Below, piece after piece: positions 41,315-52,372 of a stretch of DNA of 64,000 nt; position 1 is the first letter of the stretch; every line of letters begins with the position of its first letter. Made by a program: the position numbers and the translations under genes. This DNA comes from an uncultured Pseudomonadota bacterium. Lineage in GTDB: Bacteria > Oederibacteriota > Muellerivitia > Muellerivitales > Muellerivitaceae. The DNA is taken from positions 1 through 64,000 of the forward strand of contig CAWJKT010000013.1 of NCBI GenBank assembly GCA_963843375.1, read 5' to 3'. Below the pieces are notes generated by a model that worked only from the letters and a program-made list of their open reading frames with translations, was not told the origin of the DNA and made no database searches.

Positions 41315-42137
41315 TTAATTGGACATTTGCCTTAATTCGGCGCACCGTTTGGTAGCCGCCTCAATCGCTTCATGAACCGTTTCCCGAAAACCTTTTTCTG
41401 CCATCTTGGTTAAGGCAGCTTGAGTTGTTCCGCCGGGTGAAGTTACCTGAATCCGCAGTTCCTCAGGGGTCTTTCCTGTCTCCAAAACCATACGTGCCGA
41501 ACCATAAACCGTCTGGGCTACCAAAAGATGAGCCACCTTTGCGGAAAGCCCGCCTTCTATAGCCGATTCGATCATAGCTTCGACCATATGGAAAATATAG
41601 GCTGGACCACTTCCGGAAATCGCCGTCACCAAATCCATTTGATTTTCATCCACTTGAACTGCACGGCCAACAGCTGAAAAAAGGTTTAAAACCAATTTAA
41701 CATGGGAATTTTTAGCTCTTTTCCCTCCTGCAACCGCGGCCATGCCGGCGCTCTAAAAGGGCTGGGGTATTGGGCATAACCCTCACGACTGGGCAGCCTT
41801 GAGGAAGACTTTGTTCAATTTGTTCCGTCGATACGCCCGCGGCGATGGAAACTACTAACGCACTTTTAGGAAATTCTTTTCCGGCTTGGGCCAAAAGATC
41901 TCTCATCTGCTGGGGTTTTACCGCCAAAAGAACCAGACCCGCGCCTTTTAAAGCATGGGATGGGTCGACTCCGGCTTTAATTTTGAATTGGGAAGCCATT
42001 TTTTTACACTTGGCCTGGTCCACATCCAAAGCCGTAATGAGGCCCGGCTTAATCATTTTTGAAGAAATCCAACCTTTGACCAGGGCGCTTCCCATTGCCC
42101 CTATCCCGAACACAACTGTTTTTTGGCCGACCTTCAT
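41315..42137 (-). CDS. proC: Pyrroline-5-carboxylate reductase, frameshifted near 41750
   Basis: GIGAMG, LAVKPQ, VSIAAG, RVMPNTP, SGSGPAY, VTSPGGTT. Confidence 0.93.
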
Positions 42138-42200
42138 GGTTCACCTTTCCTTATAGCTCTATCCATTCTAATTGCCAGAAAGCTTTTTCAACACCATTTA

Positions 42201-42879
42201 TTACCTAGGGCCAAATAAAGCCGTTCCAACCCTTACCAAAGTCGAGCCTTCCTCAATCGCCATTTCAAAATCTCCGCTCATGCCCATGGATAGAATGGAA
42301 AAACCGGCACCGGCAAACCCATTTGTTTTTATTTTCTCAAACAATTCCTTCAGTTTTCTAAAAGCATCCCGTCGTTTTTGAAGATCATCCGTTAAAGGGC
42401 CAACTGTCATGAGTCCCCTCAATTTCAACCGTGGTAACCGAGTTATTTTTTCAGCCGTTTCAAGCGTTAGCTCCGGTGCAACACCCGCCTTGGTTTCCTC
42501 GTTGGAAGTGTGGACCTCCAGTAGAACATCCTGAAAGCCATCTCCCAGCCGGGATGATAACGACTCCGCCAAAAAAAGCGAATCGATCGAATGAATCAAT
42601 ACAAACTTTCTTAATCACCTTGTTGATTTTATTGGTTTGAAGCTGACCTATTAGGTGCCAGCGGATATCGGCTGGAAGTTCACTTATTTTGGGAAGAGCT
42701 TCCTGAACCCGGTTTTCTCCAAAATCCCGCAACCCCGCCTCAAAAGCCTGGCGGATAATTTCAACTGGAAAAGTTTTAGTTACCGCCAAAAGGGTGATTT
42801 CTTCTGGTTGCCGACGGGACCGAACAGCGGCATCCGCAATCCGCTTTTGGATATCCTGAATGCGGTCATCAAGACCCAT
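42201..42879 (-). CDS. yggS: PLP homeostasis protein YggS, frameshifted near 42605
   Basis: LLAVTKT, FGENRVQE, WHLIGQLQTNK, LSMGMSGDF, GSTLVRVGTALFG. Confidence 0.93.
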
Positions 42880-42938
42880 GGAGAACTTCCCATCCTTTTG
42901 ATGATCCATCGGTCAATGAAAAGGTGTTGGGATGCCTT

Positions 42939-43921
42939 TTATTTCAAAACCGCCTGGGCTTGGGGAGATTTGGGCTTCGAGAGAAGGTCCCACTCCACCA
43001 AAATAGGGCTTGCCACAAAGATGGAGGAATAGGTCCCTACCACGATTCCCAAAAGGAGGGTCAAGGCGAAATCCTTCAAGACATCTCCGCCCATGATACA
43101 AAGGGGCAAAAGGGTCAAGAATACCGTACTGCTGGTGTTGATCGTCCGGCTTAAGGTTTCATTGACGCTCAAATTCACCAAACCCATAAAAGTCCGGTCT
43201 TTGACTAAGAACTTCATGTTTTCCCGGATCCGATCAAAGGTAACAACCGTGTCATTCAAGGAATACCCTGCCAAGGTAAGAAGGGCGGTTACCTGTAAAA
43301 GATTGAATTCCCGTTTGGTTAATACAATGATGCCCAGGATCACCAAAATATCATGGATAGTGGTAATGACCGCCGACACCCCAAACTCAAATTTTTTGAA
43401 CCGCCAAACGATGTAAACCAGGATGCCCATCATCGATAAAAAGAAGGCCTTAAAGGCATCATCCCGAAGCTTTTGGGATACCGCAGGGCCCACCTCATCA
43501 CTTCCATCCAAGGAAAATTTTGCATTCGGGAAATTTTTATTAAAAACGCCCAAAACATCGTCCCCAATGCTTCCCACAACCTTCCCGGCGATCATACTTG
43601 ATTTTGATGATCAGTCTTAAACCCTTGGAACTATCGTCTTTGACCTGCTGAATTTGGGCTTCAGGATATCCGTCGGTTTTAAGCGACTGGCGGATTTGGT
43701 CGACCTCAACATTATTTTGCGACGACATGCGCAGTAAGACTCCTGCGCCAAAATCCGTCCCTAAATTGGCCTTGCCCTGCCACAACAACACACAGGCGTA
43801 AAGCCCCGCCAGACATCCCAATGCGGAAAGCCCCAGGAAAAACCGGCGTGGAGCCATAAAGTCGATTTTCGGCTCATTGAACCATTGAAACAATTGGGTT
43901 TCGAAAACGACCTTTCATCAT
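42939..43921 (-). CDS. secF: Protein translocase subunit SecF, frameshifted; start approximate
   Basis: LGTDFGAG, VGPAVS, IHDILV, GYSLNDTVVTFDRIREN, GTYSSIFVA. Confidence 0.92.
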
Positions 43922-43923
43922 AA

Positions 43924-45284
43924 TTAAATACTCTGAGGCTTTGGCGTTCTTTTCGAACATCAAAAATCATTTTGGTAATAACCACGGCGGTAAAGAGGCT
44001 CAACGCCACACCCAAACTTAAGTTGACTGCAAAGCCCTTAATGGGGCCGGTCCCAAATTGAAACAAGAAAATCGCCGAGATCAAAGTGGTAACATGCGTA
44101 TCAATAATGGCCTGCAATGCCCGTTTATAACCCGCATCAATGGCGGCCTGGGTTGTTTTTCCTGCCCTTAATTCCTCACGAATTCTTTCGAAAATCAAAA
44201 CGTTCGAATCCACGGACAATCCCAAGGTCAGGATAATCCCCGCGATACCAGGAAGGGTAATTGTCACTTTAAGAAAAGCTAACAATCCCATGAGGTAAAC
44301 CATGTTCATGATAAGGCCTGCATTCGCGATCCAACCCGACCACCGGTAATAAATTCCCATAAAAAGAAGGACGAGCAATAGGCCATAGATGGCCGCCATT
44401 GTTCCTTTCTTCACGGAATCGGCTCCCAAAGTTGGACCCACAATGAATTGGCTGGTCACTTTTAAAGGGGCCGGCAAAGCACCCGCTTTCAATACCAGGG
44501 CCAAATCCGCAGCTTCTTCATCAGAGAAATGTCCCGTAATAATACCCGATCCGCCCGGAATACGGCTTTGGATGGTCGGAGCCGAATAAACCCGGTCGTC
44601 TAGTACGATAGCCAATCTACGTTGAACATTGTCTCCGGTGATGATTCCGAACTGTTTCCCGCCCTCGTCATTCAACTTAAAAGCAATATGGGGGCTGCCC
44701 GTGGTCATATCCGTTTCAACATGGGCATCCACTAAGGAGTCACCTGTCAATAACACCTTTTCGCAAAGGTACTTCTCTTCGTCCTTGCCCGGCAGATAGG
44801 TAATGCCTTCGGGAAGCTTACTGACATCAACACTGCCATCTTTTTCATTAATATATTGAGAAATTGGAATTTCAGAAACAAGACGGAACTGAAGTTGAGC
44901 GGTGGATAAGATCACGTCCCGGGCTCTTTTGGTATCGGTAAGCCCCGGCAATTGAATGACGATTCCTCCGGTCCCTTCCCTTTCCAACACCGGCTCGGTT
45001 ACGCCCAAACCATCAATGCGGTTACGAAGGATTTCCAGTGCCCGGTCCGCCGCGTCGGAAATTTCCTGTTCGCTCTTTCCTTGCATTTTATCCCGGTCAA
45101 CTTCCAAATTCATCTGGAGCCCGCCTTGGATATCCAGGCCTAATTTGAGAGAGGTGATTTTTTTCTCTTTATGGTTTTTCAACCAGGCATCTTGATCGTC
45201 CTTGGAGATATTAAGGAAAACGCCGTATATACAGGCGCCGGCAAAAACAATGACAATAATGCTCATCCAAGTTCGAAAACTCAC
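43924..45284 (-). CDS. secD: Protein translocase subunit SecD; true stop probably at 43924 (an indel extends the ORF to 43761)
   Basis: LGLDIQGG, NRIDGLGVTEP, LAIVLDD, AGALP, VGPTLG, DSNVLIFERIREE, TGPIKGFA. Confidence 0.93.
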
Positions 45285-45510
45285 TTAAAACCTTTCTTTG
45301 AACCAAACAGGGAGAAAACCCCAGATTCTTTGTAACAAACAGTGTTATGGATTTCCCACGTTGAGGCGGGTCAAAAACCGTGGCAGTATAAGGAAAAGTA
45401 GCGAAAAACTGTCAATGCATTCATGGGCTAAAACAGACCGACTGGACCGGAAATCCCTTTGCTTCCGGGATTTAGCGCTTCACTGATAGGATTTTAAAAC
45501 TTCAGAAGTA

Positions 45511-45954
45511 TTAAGACTTTGGACTAGCAATACTTCCGACTGGCAGAACTACTTTTTCAATCCCGGATTTCAAATCCTCTTCGCGATAACCAAGCCCGAC
45601 CCAATTCATGACCGCGTTTCCTTTTTGGAAGAGAATCGAATTTGGGATGGCATTAATTTTAAATGCCCTTGAGAGTCCAGGGTTTTGGTCCACATCCACC
45701 CGAACCACCTTCAATCTGCCTTTGTAATCCGAAGCCACTTGGTCAACCACGGGGCCATACATGCGGCAAGGACCGCACCAAGTTGCCCAAAAATCAACCA
45801 AAACTGGAATGTCTGAACCCAGAACTTCTTTCTGAAAGGAAGAGTCCGTTACAACCAAAACATCCGCTTCCGAACCTTTATGAGAACAAGCACCTGAAAC
45901 CAGAAAAAGCGAAAAGCCCGCAGTGAATAAAAACACTCGTAAAACATTACTCAT
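45511..45954 (-). CDS. Thioredoxin with predicted lipoprotein signal
   Basis: ..LFLVSGAC lipobox-like sequence, VDFWATWCGPC. Confidence 0.85.
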   Translation of the reverse strand: MSNVLRVFLFTAGFSLFLVSGACSHKGSEADVLVVTDSSFQKEVLGSDIPVLVDFWATWCGPCRMYGPVVDQVASDYKGRLKVVRVDVDQNPGLSRAFKINAIPNSILFQKGNAVMNWVGLGYREEDLKSGIEKVVLPVGSIASPKS

Positions 45955-45961
45955 TTCGCCC

Positions 45962-46403
45962 TCAATTCGACTTCAGTACTTGATCGATTCCATTTTTTAA
46001 ACCCGCTTCGGAAATTGTTCCCGCCCAACGTTTTACAACTTTTCCATGATTAAAAACCAAAATTGAAGGCAACATATCTATTCCGAATTTATGGGGAAAA
46101 ACTGGATTTTCCGTCACATCAAACTTGGCGAACTTTAATTTATTTCCATAGCCGGTCGACGATTTTTTCAATTGTTGGGGAAAGACGAGCCGCAATTCAC
46201 GCACCAACTTGCCCAAAAATCCACCAACACAGGCTTGGGGGACTTTATTACATTTCGGTCAAAATCAGAGTCCGTAACAACACAAACCCCGGACTTTCTT
46301 TATCTCCTCGGCTTGAAGATTAGATACCCCCATCCATAATAGGCGAATAAAAAACAAGAAAATAAACGATAAAATAAAAAACCCGAGTACTTTGTAGCTC
46401 CAA
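45962..46403 (-). CDS. Thioredoxin with hydrophobic N-terminus and WCVNC motif, several indels
   Basis: Hand reading gives [16 protein letters not shown]-terminal [22 protein letters not shown]. Confidence 0.7.
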
Positions 46404-46404
46404 A

Positions 46405-46734
46405 TTAACTTCCGATCACTTCCTGGATTTCGGTGACAAGTTTGGTTTTGGGATGGGCGCCTATCAGCTGTTTCACCATTTCCCCGTTCTTGAAAAAAAG
46501 AAGCGTGGGAATACTGCGGATATGAAAATCCATGGACACTTGCTGGTTTTCGTCCACGTTTACTTTGGCAATTTTGATCTTCCCGTCATATTCTTTCGCC
46601 AATTCATCCAAAACCGGGGCCACCATCCGGCAAGGGCCACACCATTCTGCCCAAAAATCCACTAAAACCGGGACTTTAGAGTCCAAAACATCCTTTTTAA
46701 AGTCGGCATCTGTTGTATGAAGCGCTACGCCCAT
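46405..46734 (-). CDS. trxA: Thioredoxin
   Basis: [32 protein letters not shown]. Confidence 0.95.
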   Translation of the reverse strand: MGVALHTTDADFKKDVLDSKVPVLVDFWAEWCGPCRMVAPVLDELAKEYDGKIKIAKVNVDENQQVSMDFHIRSIPTLLFFKNGEMVKQLIGAHPKTKLVTEIQEVIGS

Positions 46735-46817
46735 GGCACCCTCCGTGTCATATGTTAAAGATAATGGTTTTAAAAGAAAAAGGTTACGCCCACCAGGAAT
46801 CTTTATATCTTTCGGTA

Positions 46818-46846
46818 AGTTTAGGTACCCCCCTACCGGGTGTCAA
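46818..46846 (-). promoter_or_regulatory. Sigma70 promoter of trxA (TTGACA-N17-TAAACT) with a CsoR/RcnR-like G/C-tract pseudo-palindrome in the spacer
   Basis: Minus strand reads TTGACA CCCGGTAGGGGGGTACC TAAACT. Confidence 0.65.
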
Positions 46847-46929
46847 GGGACGACCACGAGGATACTCGAAGGCATGACCCGACGTGATATTCCGTTAACA
46901 CTTCATGGAACACCTCATCCAAGGTGCTT

Positions 46930-48303
46930 TTATTGTCTATTCACCCCCTTAAGGAACCTCACATCCCAAAGAGCGCCTCGCACACGCGGGGTCAACTTTG
47001 AGTCACCATCCTCAACAATCACCACCCGCCGTCCATATCTCTCCACATAAGCTTCGTTATTGCCGCCTTTCAAGGATACCCAATATATGGTTTCATCGGA
47101 TCTGCGGAAAACGTCGATTTCGTATTTTTTGTCCAACAAACTCCGATAACTCTTGAAAAAATCATCCGCCGACTCCTCACCATCAAAAATTATGTAGCCC
47201 ACCATAAGAAGTTTATGGGAATCTTTATTTTCGTAAATTTGAACCGAATCCCCACGCCAACCACGCACCGAATAAAGAGCCTCTTTTTCGGGCATATATT
47301 CTTGAAGCAAGGTCTTCAAGCCATACTCTCCAAGAGTATTTTCCCAAATCTTTTCAAAACCCACGAGGACATTTGAAGACATGTCCTCAATCCGGACACC
47401 CACGGGGTTCCGGCGGTGTGGAAAAAAATCACTCGGATGAAGTATCTGATGAGTCGAGGTCGGTGGGTGTTGAAATAAATAAGCCATCCCCGGCCATCCA
47501 TAAGACTTGATATAGCTTTGTAAAAAAGCGGCTCCATAAATATACGGGAAATTGATAACCTGGTTTAACCTGGCCTCTATCCCAAAAGCCTTTTTTCCAC
47601 TCTCGATTAGTAAATTATTTAGTTCAACCCAATTTGCGATATTGACGACTTTTGTGAAATCAGTATGACGGTCTTCTAAGGAATAATTCAAAGCAATGGC
47701 CACGGCTTGCCCCTCCATAACACTGGCCCTGGCAAACTGGGTATCCATAGGAAGGGATTCGCCGGTAGTTAAATATGATTGTAGGTCAAAAGACTGGTCT
47801 TGAAGGGCATGGGTTAATTCATGGGCCAAGGTTCCCTCCAGGTCCCCAGATTTGATCCAATCGGCGATATAGAGTGTTTGGGTCTTCGGGTCATAGAGGC
47901 CTTCAACTACCTTCATAAAGGAATCCAGGTAGGTCTGAATCAGGTCGGTGCCGGGTGATAAAAAACCAAAAAAAGTGAAAGCTTTTTCAAAAGCTATTTT
48001 CTTTTCTGACGGGTATTGTTCCTGGAGTGCCTGAAGGTAGTAATCATGAAAAAAAGCTTTGTTCCCAAACTTTTTTTGGACGGGATATTTAATGGGTAAC
48101 CCTGACAACCGGGATACCTCAGCGAATATGGCATCTGCTTCCTGCAGGATTTCAGCTTGGTCTACTCGGTTTGCGAGAAATTCGGGAGAAACACTTGTTT
48201 CCTGTCCCCATAAAAGCTGAGGACCCATCAAGAGGAACCCCCAAAACACATAGACGAGAGTTTTCAATGAACCTTCCGGGAGAAATTTCAGTCTCCCTCG
48301 CAT
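46930..48303 (-). CDS. Exported protein with HExxH motif, putative zinc metallopeptidase
   Basis: GLYDP, LAHELTHALQDQ, EGQA, FPYIYG, PPTSTHQILHP, GWRGD. Confidence 0.65.
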   Translation of the reverse strand: MRGRLKFLPEGSLKTLVYVFWGFLLMGPQLLWGQETSVSPEFLANRVDQAEILQEADAIFAEVSRLSGLPIKYPVQKKFGNKAFFHDYYLQALQEQYPSEKKIAFEKAFTFFGFLSPGTDLIQTYLDSFMKVVEGLYDPKTQTLYIADWIKSGDLEGTLAHELTHALQDQSFDLQSYLTTGESLPMDTQFARASVMEGQAVAIALNYSLEDRHTDFTKVVNIANWVELNNLLIESGKKAFGIEARLNQVINFPYIYGAAFLQSYIKSYGWPGMAYLFQHPPTSTHQILHPSDFFPHRRNPVGVRIEDMSSNVLVGFEKIWENTLGEYGLKTLLQEYMPEKEALYSVRGWRGDSVQIYENKDSHKLLMVGYIIFDGEESADDFFKSYRSLLDKKYEIDVFRRSDETIYWVSLKGGNNEAYVERYGRRVVIVEDGDSKLTPRVRGALWDVRFLKGVNRQ

Positions 48304-49337
48304 TAAATGACGGGTACGGTTGGGTGATGGATCAATCTATAACTAGATTCGATTAACTCGACAGTCTTTAAACCCTCTTCACCCGAAACCCAAGGGATTT
48401 TGTTCCGACGGATACAATCAATAAAATGCTCATAAATCGTCGGTGAGAAGCTGTCCTTATCTAAAGCGGGAAAAATCTTTCCATCCTGTTTCCGAAATTC
48501 GACTGTGATGGGATCCCCCTTGGCTAGATTTAAGGATAGGGTCCCTTTCGTTCCAAAAAAATAATAACGGTTATGGTAGCCTGAATCCCCCCAACCGACG
48601 TTTACGGTCCCCACGGCGCCCGATTTAGAGCGCAGAAGACAAGAACAGTGAATTTCGGGGGTGGAAGTCTTCACCCCTCCGATTTGAGCCGCCGCCGCCC
48701 CTGAAATTATCATGGATTCTCCCAATAAGAATTCCAAACTGCCGAACACATGGGGCCCCAGATCCATTAAGGCCCCTCCTCCAGATTTTTTTTTATCAAA
48801 AAACCAGTTTGCTTTTGGGCTCCAGGCCTCGGGGCCACGATGCGTTAAAGAACCCTTAAAAGCGAATATGTCCCCAATCACCTTTTTTCGGAGCAGTTTT
48901 TCAGTTGTACGAACAGCGGGGTCAAAACGCATATTGTGATGCACCATCAAAACCTTTCCGCTTTTTTTGGCCGCTCGAATAATGTCAAGCGCCTCACCCC
49001 GGGTGACTGCCATTGGTTTTTCCACCATTACATGTTTACCTTCACGAAAAGCTTTCAAGGCAATGGAGGCATGGGTGTAATTGGGTGTGCAGATGGAAAC
49101 CGCATCCACATGGTCGGACTCCAAAAGGTGGTTCAAATCGGTATAGATGTGGGGGATTCCATATTGAACCGCCACCTGTTTGGCATGCGCCTCCCTCAAG
49201 GAATGAACGGCCATCAATTGGCAGCCTTCGGTCTTGGCATAACCCGGCAGATGGGCTTTCAAGGCGATCTGGCCAAGGCCAATCACTCCGATTCGGATGG
49301 GACTTATCTTTTTTGAGCGTTTTTTAATCTTTTTCAT
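48303..49337 (-). CDS. Gfo/Idh/MocA family oxidoreductase
   Basis: IGVIGLGQIA, ICTPNYTH, VEKPMA, GGGALMDLGPH. Confidence 0.92.
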   Translation of the reverse strand: MKKIKKRSKKISPIRIGVIGLGQIALKAHLPGYAKTEGCQLMAVHSLREAHAKQVAVQYGIPHIYTDLNHLLESDHVDAVSICTPNYTHASIALKAFREGKHVMVEKPMAVTRGEALDIIRAAKKSGKVLMVHHNMRFDPAVRTTEKLLRKKVIGDIFAFKGSLTHRGPEAWSPKANWFFDKKKSGGGALMDLGPHVFGSLEFLLGESMIISGAAAAQIGGVKTSTPEIHCSCLLRSKSGAVGTVNVGWGDSGYHNRYYFFGTKGTLSLNLAKGDPITVEFRKQDGKIFPALDKDSFSPTIYEHFIDCIRRNKIPWVSGEEGLKTVELIESSYRLIHHPTVPVI

Positions 49338-49527
49338 GCTCCTATTATATCGGAAAGATTGAAATTGTCTGGCGGAACATAGCTTTATCGAAGGTTAAGG
49401 ATTATTAATTTTCCCGAGGGGGCCAGTGCAGGTTTGGACTTCCAGCTTAAAAAAGAAAACTTCGTTGATCACATTGGATCCGTTTTGTTTTCAAATCCCT
49501 TAGGATTCTTAAGGTAAAACCACGGGA

Positions 49528-51477
49528 TTATTTTACAAAGATGATGTCATCAAGCCACAAATCAAAATCCTCGTCGCTAAAATCAGAATTGGGGGTGAAG
49601 GCCAAGAAAAGCACGTCAGTTAACTTGAAAGGAATCGGCCTCGCCCAGGAAGGTTGCTTGAAATCGGCGAAATTCAAAGCCACCTTCGTCCAAGTTGGTG
49701 CGCCATTGAAATCCAAGCGATAGTTGCCGTAATCCTGCACCGCCGATCGAACCAGTACCACCGAATAGAATTTTCCATTGCCCGTGGTCCAAAACTCGAT
49801 TCCTTTAAAGTCGCTCAAATCCGCTGCTGATCCCGTATCGTTCAAAGTTCCAGTAAGCTCCGCGTAAGGCCAGGGGGCTCTGTTTATCCCTAAATGACCG
49901 AAGATATGGGCAGCGTACTTTTCCGATTTCGGAGCTCCCACGGAAGTGCACACGAAAGGGATAGGATTTAATACGGTTCCTAAATTACTATTATCACAAT
50001 CCGCAGACCATTTCCCTCCCAAGACGTTGGTTATTCCACCATTTTCGAAATCACCGATCACAACCCTGTCACCCGGCGCTTTAATTTTTTTTCCTACCAC
50101 TTCCTTTACCGGCAATAAATCAAGGAGTGCCCGGGCATCTTGAAATTTCCGGTCAATCCCACTCAAAGCGCACTGAATCTCCCAAAGTTTTTTTCCAAGA
50201 GCTTTAGAATCCCCTCCCATTGGAACCGTAACATCCGGGAAGGACCCAGGATCATCGGCCTTAGCTTCATCCGTTTTACCGGCCGCAGTTAATTGGGTGC
50301 GGGCTGACTGTAGTTTTGAATAGGAATCTTTTACCATGAACCCAAGGTTTTGAATCGATTTAACCAGGCCGCTGGGAGGCATTGGGATCACGGGAGCTCC
50401 ATAGGCACCTGCGATTGTATCCAAAAGGGGAGTATGTTCCCCAACCAGGTCCGCTCCCAGGTTCCAAATCATGACACCCTTAAGACCCTTTTTTGCGGCG
50501 TAAACGCATTTAATCGCAATGGATTTTGAATCGTCATAAGAAATCACAATCCCGCCATCTATTTTTTCCAAATACGAGGCCTTCGCACTTTCGTCCCAAA
50601 AGGTCTTGTAAACCCCTTTGTCGTCTATAAGCGGTGCGATTTCGTAATACTGAACCTCCGAACCTTGCAAGTAGGAATTTCCCGAAAAGGAAACACCCAT
50701 ATGGGAAGTAAAAAATTCAATGCCATAAAAGGGAAGGCCCAAAACCACCTTATCTGGCGGAAGGTTGTATTGGGTTTCAAGCCGACTTAGGTCTTGATCG
50801 ATACTAGTCTTACTGTCGACTTTCGGGTCCTTGGGCGGGTAAAGATTAGCGTCGTGGACTGAATGCTCACTCCATTTTCCCCCAAAGTCATAGGTCATCC
50901 AATTGATCCAATCCACTTGTTGGGCGACTTCAGCCCAGGAGATGTGCTTGCCATAGTAATCACTCGCACCCAGGGCCGTGCTTATGATCCAATTTGGGAA
51001 CCGAGCCCGGAGGGATTTCATGAAGTCGGTAAAAGTGGTTTGGTCTTGTTCCGTAAGGGCCGAAGGTTCCCAATCGATATCCACTCCATCGTAGTGGTGG
51101 TCGGTAATCAATTTTTCAAGGTTATCGAAAAAGGCTTTCTTGGCGATTGGGTCCCGAGCCATTGCCAGCCAATTGTCGGCGTTGGAAGCCGCGCCCCCTA
51201 ACGAGGCCAGCAATTTCACGCCATGGCCATGGGCCAGTCTTTCCAAGTCCGGTTCCCAATAGCCCCCCTGCGCCACGATGGTCCCATTAGCTTTTGGGGT
51301 AAGGAATGCCCGGATAAGGTGGGTGAAAGCATCATAATTGTAGCTTTCCGGGGGATAAATACCGTCAAACCACAAAGCCGAATAACCAACGACAAAGTGA
51401 TTGGGTTTCGCCCAGGCTGGAGTCTTGGTCATAAATAAACTCAAAACGATAACAATTAGCCGCATTTTTTCGATCAT
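49528..51477 (-). CDS. Exported GH18 chitinase-like hydrolase with C-terminal CIA30/CBM11-like domain
   Basis: SLGG, catalytic DGVDIDWE, MTYD, LGLPFYG, GVMIW; C-terminal DFENG..DLSDFKGIEFW..LWLDDI. Confidence 0.88.
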   Translation of the reverse strand: MIEKMRLIVIVLSLFMTKTPAWAKPNHFVVGYSALWFDGIYPPESYNYDAFTHLIRAFLTPKANGTIVAQGGYWEPDLERLAHGHGVKLLASLGGAASNADNWLAMARDPIAKKAFFDNLEKLITDHHYDGVDIDWEPSALTEQDQTTFTDFMKSLRARFPNWIISTALGASDYYGKHISWAEVAQQVDWINWMTYDFGGKWSEHSVHDANLYPPKDPKVDSKTSIDQDLSRLETQYNLPPDKVVLGLPFYGIEFFTSHMGVSFSGNSYLQGSEVQYYEIAPLIDDKGVYKTFWDESAKASYLEKIDGGIVISYDDSKSIAIKCVYAAKKGLKGVMIWNLGADLVGEHTPLLDTIAGAYGAPVIPMPPSGLVKSIQNLGFMVKDSYSKLQSARTQLTAAGKTDEAKADDPGSFPDVTVPMGGDSKALGKKLWEIQCALSGIDRKFQDARALLDLLPVKEVVGKKIKAPGDRVVIGDFENGGITNVLGGKWSADCDNSNLGTVLNPIPFVCTSVGAPKSEKYAAHIFGHLGINRAPWPYAELTGTLNDTGSAADLSDFKGIEFWTTGNGKFYSVVLVRSAVQDYGNYRLDFNGAPTWTKVALNFADFKQPSWARPIPFKLTDVLFLAFTPNSDFSDEDFDLWLDDIIFVK

Positions 51478-51520
51478 TAGTTTCCTATCAACTGTGATGA
51501 TGGGAATACTTTCCGTTTTA

Positions 51521-52261
51521 CTACTTCAAAAGTTCTAAATCATCGATTTTAAAATCATAATCCGCGTCGTTTAAACCAGGAGCGAAAGCGATGTTCTTCA
51601 CATCGTCGAACTTTCTTTCTAATTTCGAACCCCAATCCGGCTGAGCGAATTTTTCAAAAGAAATAGTGATCTGCGTCCATTTTTTTGGCGAAACAAAATG
51701 GGCCTCAAAATCGGCAAAATCCTTAACGGAAGTCTTTTGAAAGCGAATTAAATGATCCTTGCCATCTCCCATGGTGTAAAACCGGATCGCTTTATAAGCG
51801 CTCAAATCCATGGGCTCTCCATTGTTACCCATCGCCAAAGTAAGGGTGGCCCAAGCCCAGGGTTCCTCATTGGGACCCAAGTGGCCCTTCATCCCGGCGC
51901 AATAACCTGGAGACTTAGGGGATCCACCTTTAAGGCGAGTATAAGGGTCCGGCGCAATGGTCGTTCCCATCTTGTTTTGATCGCAACCTTCCCACCAGGA
52001 AGTCCCCAACGCGGGCGTTTCCTTCTCGAAATCATCCACCTTGATGACTTCGCTTGTTTCGGAAACGGAGGAATCATTGTTGGAATAGTCGGAAGAATTC
52101 GATCTGATTTTCGCTTGAAGATCCGATATTTGTTTCTTGAGTTTGACTATTTCGGTTTTCAGTTGATCGGGAGTCCAGCCTTTATAGGCATCGTCCTCAG
52201 CTCGAAGCAACCCAGTCGTAAATGCGAAGCCTATCACAAGCATCCAAAACGTCTTTTTCAT
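51521..52261 (-). CDS. Exported coiled-coil plus CIA30/CBM11-like domain protein
   Basis: Signal peptide, VDDFE, DLSAYKAIRFYTMGDG, FAQPDWG, FKIDDLEL. Confidence 0.7.
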   Translation of the reverse strand: MKKTFWMLVIGFAFTTGLLRAEDDAYKGWTPDQLKTEIVKLKKQISDLQAKIRSNSSDYSNNDSSVSETSEVIKVDDFEKETPALGTSWWEGCDQNKMGTTIAPDPYTRLKGGSPKSPGYCAGMKGHLGPNEEPWAWATLTLAMGNNGEPMDLSAYKAIRFYTMGDGKDHLIRFQKTSVKDFADFEAHFVSPKKWTQITISFEKFAQPDWGSKLERKFDDVKNIAFAPGLNDADYDFKIDDLELLK

Positions 52262-52372
52262 GGTTTTCTCCATCCGGGTTCAAGATGAAATTAAAAACAT
52301 CATATCAGGTCAATGGCAAAGTCCAAAAAGCTGTTTCTTTTCACTCTTCCCTGAGGCTATGATTATTTCGAG

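Noticed and set aside
43761..43940. SecD-SecF fusion or long overlap
   Set aside because: The frames differ, and a single indel restores a SecD stop at 43924 just before a SecF start
22829..46403. Mass pseudogenisation of flagellar and housekeeping genes
   Set aside because: Lesions are single-base indels with well-conserved protein sequence on both sides, and they also hit secF and proC; this fits sequencing error
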